Source: an uncultured Alphaproteobacteria bacterium
GTDB taxonomy: Bacteria > Pseudomonadota > Alphaproteobacteria > HIMB59 > GCA-002718135
Assembly (NCBI GenBank): GCA_902575815.1
Contig: CACGTA010000002.1
Location: forward strand, 10,845 to 74,844
Direction of reading: 5' to 3'
Length of the DNA: 64,000 nt
Below the pieces are notes generated by a model. The model searched no databases, was not told the origin of the DNA, and worked only from the letters and a program-made list of their open reading frames with translations. A program made the translations under genes and the position numbers. Below are positions 59,345 to 64,000 of this stretch, piece after piece. Position 1 is the stretch's first letter, and each line of letters starts with the position of its first letter.

Positions 59345-59953
59345 GTGACTTTTATATTTTGGCTTCAGTTTGCTACTGTCTGTGTTGCAGGGGCAATGTC
59401 ACCTGGCCCAAGTTTAGCATTAATTATAAGAAATAGTACCACAATTAGCAGATTTGCAGGATTTATGACTGCTATTGGTCATGGGATTGGTATGGGTGTC
59501 TACGCAGTTTTTGCAGTTACTGGGCTTATAATTATTTTAACTACAAATGAAATACTATTTCAATTTATACAAATTATTGGAATTCTATTTTTATTATTTA
59601 TTGGCTTCCAATTTCTTTTAAAAAAAAATCGAGAAATTGAACATATAAATAATCAAAAAAATTTTAATTCATTCTTACAAGGTTTTTCTATAGCAATTTT
59701 AAATCCTAAAATTCTAATATGGTTTTCAGCAGTATTTTCACAATTTGTAAAAATTGATGCTTCCTTTTTTTCGCACTCAATTCTTGTCATTACTGCATCT
59801 GTAATAGATGGAATTTGGTATATTATAGTTACAATTGTAGTAACAAGTTATGGAATGGGTGATTTTTTCCAAAAGAGAAAACATATTATTCAAAAAATAT
59901 CAGGGTTAATTTTAGTCTTAATTGGTGTTTTGTTAATTATTGATTTCTTCTAA
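59345..59953 (+). CDS. LysE/RhtB family exporter
   Basis: SPGP, FLQGFSIAILNPK; GTG start. Confidence 0.9.
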   Translation: MTFIFWLQFATVCVAGAMSPGPSLALIIRNSTTISRFAGFMTAIGHGIGMGVYAVFAVTGLIIILTTNEILFQFIQIIGILFLLFIGFQFLLKKNREIEHINNQKNFNSFLQGFSIAILNPKILIWFSAVFSQFVKIDASFFSHSILVITASVIDGIWYIIVTIVVTSYGMGDFFQKRKHIIQKISGLILVLIGVLLIIDFF

Positions 59954-61015
59954 AACTCTTAAGATATTTTTTCCCATAATTTTTTCAATTTCAGTATTTT
60001 TATATCCTCTTTTTTCTAAACTTTCTTGAATTATCATGTGGTTTAAACAATCATTCCAATTATTTGGCAAACAATCAAGACCATCATAATCACTACCTAC
60101 TCCAACATAATCAATTCCTATTTTATTAATTACATATTCAATATGATCAGCAAATACTTCTATACTTGGACATATGTCTGATAATTTTTTTTGAAGAAAA
60201 TGTTGTTTTGCTATCCACTGAGAAGTTTTGTTAGAATATTTTCTTTCAATTGAATTTAGTTCATCAAGATATTTTTTTCTTTCTTTAGCTTCTCTCTCTT
60301 TAAAAGATTTATCAATAAAAAAAGGATATGGATTAAGACCAATCAAACCTTTTACTTTTTTGATTGCTTCAATTTGATCATCTTTTAAATTACGAAAATG
60401 AGGACACAAATTATACACGCTAGAATGTGAGGCTATAAAAGGTTTGGTACTTATTGATGCAATATCCCAAAAACTTTTCTCTCCAATGTGCGAAACATCA
60501 ATTAACACATTATTATCTTGGCAAATAGAAATAACTTCTTTCCCAAATTCGTTTAAACCATGACTTTTAAGTTTTGAAGAATTGTATGTCTCATCATAAT
60601 TTGATGAAACCCATTCCAAAGAATGATTCCAAGTTGGGCCAAAATAGAAAAGACCTCTTTCTATAAAATGATATAAATTATTAATATCATTTTCTAAACC
60701 CTCCCCACCTTCCATTGAAATTGGAAGCATTAACTTATTGTTATTAATTGCTTCATTAATGTCTGAAAGTTTTTTTGGAATGACAATTTCTTCATGTGAC
60801 GAAATTCTTTCAATCTCATCATACATTTTATCAGCTCTTTTAAAAAAATTTGGTTCTTTAGAATTAGTTGAAACCCAAATAATTAAAATTTCTAAATCAA
60901 TTTCAGATTTTAATAATCTTGGTATGTCCGTATGCCCATGCGATGTAAGTTTTGTAACATCTTCACCTTCGATAACTCTTTGCACAAGATCATTATGCAA
61001 GTCAGCTACAAACAT
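59933..61015 (-). CDS. Membrane dipeptidase family (peptidase M19)
   Basis: DLHND, SMEG, IDVSH, ASHS, RNLKD, GSDYDG. Confidence 0.9.
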   Translation of the reverse strand: MFVADLHNDLVQRVIEGEDVTKLTSHGHTDIPRLLKSEIDLEILIIWVSTNSKEPNFFKRADKMYDEIERISSHEEIVIPKKLSDINEAINNNKLMLPISMEGGEGLENDINNLYHFIERGLFYFGPTWNHSLEWVSSNYDETYNSSKLKSHGLNEFGKEVISICQDNNVLIDVSHIGEKSFWDIASISTKPFIASHSSVYNLCPHFRNLKDDQIEAIKKVKGLIGLNPYPFFIDKSFKEREAKERKKYLDELNSIERKYSNKTSQWIAKQHFLQKKLSDICPSIEVFADHIEYVINKIGIDYVGVGSDYDGLDCLPNNWNDCLNHMIIQESLEKRGYKNTEIEKIMGKNILRVLEEINN

Positions 61016-61019
61016 TTAA

Positions 61020-61586
61020 TTATTTAATAATCTCCATTTTAATTATTTTATCTGGATCTGCAGGTGGTTCACCTCTTGAGATGTTATCTACATATTCCAT
61101 ACCTTCGGTAACTTGAGCCCAAACAGTATATTGACCATCTAGAAAAGAGCAGTCATTAAAACAAATAAAAAATTGACTGTTAGCACTATTTGGGTTTTGT
61201 GCTCTTGCCATTGACACGGCTCCTCTTCCGTGGTTTTCTGACGAAAATTCAGCCTCTATGTCAGGAAGTTTTGATCCACCTGTACCAGCCCTTGACAAGT
61301 TAAAACTATCATTGCTTGAATTCCCAAATTCTACATCTCCTGTTTGAGCCATAAACCCATCTATAACTCTATGAAAAACAACCCCATCATACTGTCCTTC
61401 TTCTATAAGTTGCTTGATTTGTTTAACATGTTTTGGTGCTACATCTGGTTTTGTCTCTATTACAACAATACCATCTTTAAGTGTCATATGGATAATATCT
61501 TTTTTTTCATCAGCCATTAAAATCTCTCCTTTTAAAAATATTGAGAAAATGAAGATGAAAATAAATAGTTTTTTAAATTTAATCAT
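61020..61586 (-). CDS. Cyclophilin-type peptidyl-prolyl isomerase
   Basis: APKH, FHRVIDGFMAQTGD, SMAR, NSQFFI, LDGQYTVW; start MIKF at 61586 (signal-like) or MADE at 61517. Confidence 0.93.
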   Translation of the reverse strand: MIKFKKLFIFIFIFSIFLKGEILMADEKKDIIHMTLKDGIVVIETKPDVAPKHVKQIKQLIEEGQYDGVVFHRVIDGFMAQTGDVEFGNSSNDSFNLSRAGTGGSKLPDIEAEFSSENHGRGAVSMARAQNPNSANSQFFICFNDCSFLDGQYTVWAQVTEGMEYVDNISRGEPPADPDKIIKMEIIK

Positions 61587-61630
61587 ATTTGTTTTCTTTA
61601 CCTTCACCCAAATTGTTTTATATATATGTA

Positions 61631-62095
61631 ATGCACATCTTTGAAGAAAATATCAAGAAATTAGATTTAAATATTCCTGATATGCCAGCTCCACTTGCAA
61701 ATTACGTTCCTTATAAAGTTTCAGATAGTACCATTTATGTATCAGGTCAAGGACCTGTAATAGATGGTAAAATTTTGTATAGTGGAAAAGTTGGTGTAGA
61801 TATTTCTGAGGAAGAAGGAATAAAAGCCGCTGAAATTTGCTGCATTAACATTATCGCAGCTCTGAAAACATCAATAAATGGAGATTGGGATAGATTAGAC
61901 ACCTTTTTGAAACTTGGGGGCTTTGTTAATTGTAATGATAACTTTACTGATCAACCTAAAATCATAAATGGAGCATCAGATTTATTAGTTAGTATATTTG
62001 GTGATAAAGGAAGACATACACGGTTTGCAGTTGGATCAAATGCTCTTCCACTCAATATTTCTGTCGAAATAGACGCAATAATTAAAATTAAATAG
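61631..62095 (+). CDS. RidA/YjgF family protein
   Basis: [28 protein letters not shown]; start MHIFEE at 61631. Confidence 0.9.
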   Translation: MHIFEENIKKLDLNIPDMPAPLANYVPYKVSDSTIYVSGQGPVIDGKILYSGKVGVDISEEEGIKAAEICCINIIAALKTSINGDWDRLDTFLKLGGFVNCNDNFTDQPKIINGASDLLVSIFGDKGRHTRFAVGSNALPLNISVEIDAIIKIK

Positions 62096-62105
62096 CATAC
62101 TCAAA

Positions 62106-63239
62106 ATGAGTGAACATTTTTTTTGCTCTTCGCTCAGTAAAATCAAAAGTTCTGAATGGAATGAATGTGTTGGAAATGATCATCCATTCTTACAATATGA
62201 ATTTCTTCACGCTTTAGAAAAAAGTAATAGTGCAAATACCAAAACAGGTTGGCAGCCATATCATTATATTGAACAAGAAAATGATAAAATTATCTCATTA
62301 TGTCCTCTTTATATAAAGAACCATTCTTTTGGAGAATATATTTTTGATCATTCTTGGGCTGATGCTTATCATCGATATGGAATAAACTATTATCCAAAAC
62401 TTCAATCTGCAATACCGTTTACACCAGTAACTGGTGATAGAATTGTTTTAAACAAATCAGTAAAAGATAAAAAGGGAAAGCAAGTTCAGGTAATTAATAA
62501 TATTATACAAGAGGCAAAAAAAATAAATGTTTCTTCTCTCCATTTTAATTTTATCAATGATGCATCAAATTGGAATGGTATTGATAATATTATGGTCAGA
62601 TCAGGAATACAATTTCATTGGAACAATAATGAATATCAAAATTTTAATGAATTCTTAAATGACTTATCCTCAAGAAAAAGAAAAATTATTAGGCGTGAAA
62701 GACAATGTGTTGAAAATAACAATTTAACTGTAAAATTACTTAATGGAGATGATATTAAAGAAGAACATATAAATTTTTTTTACGATTGTTATTTAGATAC
62801 AACTGGAAGAAAATGGGGTTCTACTTATTTAACTAAAGAATTTTTCTTTGAAATATTACATAATTTTAAAAACAAAATATTACTTATAATGGCTTATCAA
62901 GCAGATAAAATGGTTGCGTCTGCAATTAATTTTTTAAGTAAAACTCATTTATATGGACGTTTATGGGGATCAAAATATGAAGTGCCATTTTTACATTTTG
63001 AACTCTGTTATTATCAAGCTATTGAATATGCAATTCAAAATAAGATTCAAATTGTAGAAGCAGGTGCTCAAGGTGAGCATAAATTACAAAGAGGTTATGC
63101 GCCTACAAAAACATGGAGTGCTCATTGGATAAAAGATCAAGAATTTAGCAAGGCTATTCGAAATTTTCTTGATAATGAAAGTCAGCTTATTGAAAACCAA
63201 AAAGAAAAATTAGAAGATTATCTTCCTTTCAAAAATTAG
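62106..63239 (+). CDS. FemAB-like GNAT protein (DUF482 type)
   Basis: HSFGEYIFDHSWA, YYPKL..PFTPVTG, LYGRLWG, LHFELCYYQAI, EAGAQGEHK. Confidence 0.9.
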   Translation: MSEHFFCSSLSKIKSSEWNECVGNDHPFLQYEFLHALEKSNSANTKTGWQPYHYIEQENDKIISLCPLYIKNHSFGEYIFDHSWADAYHRYGINYYPKLQSAIPFTPVTGDRIVLNKSVKDKKGKQVQVINNIIQEAKKINVSSLHFNFINDASNWNGIDNIMVRSGIQFHWNNNEYQNFNEFLNDLSSRKRKIIRRERQCVENNNLTVKLLNGDDIKEEHINFFYDCYLDTTGRKWGSTYLTKEFFFEILHNFKNKILLIMAYQADKMVASAINFLSKTHLYGRLWGSKYEVPFLHFELCYYQAIEYAIQNKIQIVEAGAQGEHKLQRGYAPTKTWSAHWIKDQEFSKAIRNFLDNESQLIENQKEKLEDYLPFKN

Positions 63240-64000
63240 GCTAATTCTTTCTTTACTTCTTGTTTATTAGAAAATTCAAAGTTAATTTTTTTATCTTTAT
63301 ATGTAATTTCAACATGCCCACCTTTGGCAAGTTTACCAAAGATAAGTTCTTCAGCCATTGGTTTTTTAACTTTTTCTTGTATTACTCTACCTAATTCTCT
63401 AGCACCATAGACTTCATCATAACCCTCTTCAGCTAAAAATTCCTTTGCTTCTTTATTAATTGATAATGAAACTCCTTTATCTTCAAGCTGTGCTTCAATT
63501 TCTATAATAAATTTATCTACTATCGAAAGTACAATATTTTTAGATAAATGATTAAAATGAATAATTGAGTCAATACGATTTCTAAATTCTGGTGAAAAAA
63601 TTCTATTTATTGCATCACTACTATCATCATTAGATCTTTTTGCATTAAAACCAATTTTGTTTTTAGATACATCAATTGCACCGGCATTAGTTGTCATAAT
63701 TAATATAACGTTTCTGAAATCTATCGTCTTACCATTATGATCAGTTAGTTTTCCATAGTCCATTACTTGTAAAAGAATGTTGAATAAATCATAGTGAGCT
63801 TTTTCTATTTCATCCAATAACAATACACAATGAGGATTTTGATCGACTCCATCAGTTAATAATCCACCTTGGTCAAAACCTACGTATCCAGGAGGAGCTC
63901 CAATAAGTCTGCTCACAGTATGACGCTCCATATATTCTGACATATCAAATCTAAGAAGTTTAATGCCAAGTGTATTACTTAACTGTTTAGCTACTTCAGT
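63236..64000 (-). CDS. clpA: ClpA ATPase subunit, C-terminal part (5' end beyond window)
   Basis: RFDMSEYMERHTVSRLIGAPPGYVGFDQGGLLT, LLDEIEKAH, IGF; frame stays open to the window edge. Confidence 0.93.
   Translation of the reverse strand, partial: TEVAKQLSNTLGIKLLRFDMSEYMERHTVSRLIGAPPGYVGFDQGGLLTDGVDQNPHCVLLLDEIEKAHYDLFNILLQVMDYGKLTDHNGKTIDFRNVILIMTTNAGAIDVSKNKIGFNAKRSNDDSSDAINRIFSPEFRNRIDSIIHFNHLSKNIVLSIVDKFIIEIEAQLEDKGVSLSINKEAKEFLAEEGYDEVYGARELGRVIQEKVKKPMAEELIFGKLAKGGHVEITYKDKKINFEFSNKQEVKKELA

Noticed and set aside
52300..60000. Possible integrative element at tRNA-Thr
   Set aside because: No integrase, transposase, phage genes or duplicated tRNA 3' end seen by eye.

Overview
Strongly AT-rich, gene-dense chromosome segment from a streamlined, probably marine alphaproteobacterium. 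It resembles SAR11 or HIMB59 in content, but tRNA-His keeps G-1:C73, unlike Pelagibacter. Left part (1-23 kb, minus strand) is core: rnj, coaX, birA, the full nuoA-N operon, tRNAs, hup, lon, clpX, clpP and tig. Next is a nitrogen module: aminotransferase, a PII with a rewired acidic T-loop, two tandem glutamine (glnA-motif) riboswitch aptamers, and a GSI that does not look alphaproteobacterial. Then come parE, glpK, iolE, a class II cytochrome c, orphan amino-acid ABC permeases, GT9, tRNA-Phe, yacG/infA/hisD/hisG/murA, and mntX-mntR with a clear operator. From 40 to 60 kb is accessory: an ATPase-less sugar ABC system with a large ADP-ribosylglycohydrolase, aldo-keto reductase and aldolase, plus uup, small membrane proteins, tRNA-Thr and GST-pdxJ-lysE. 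The window ends in core ppi/ridA/GNAT/clpA. Two unannotated structured-RNA candidates (about 34.66-34.84 kb and 40.59-40.65 kb) and three small ORFs missed by the ORF track were found by eye. No CRISPR array, rRNA, integrase or transposase was seen. All calls come from reading the sequence; no searches were run.
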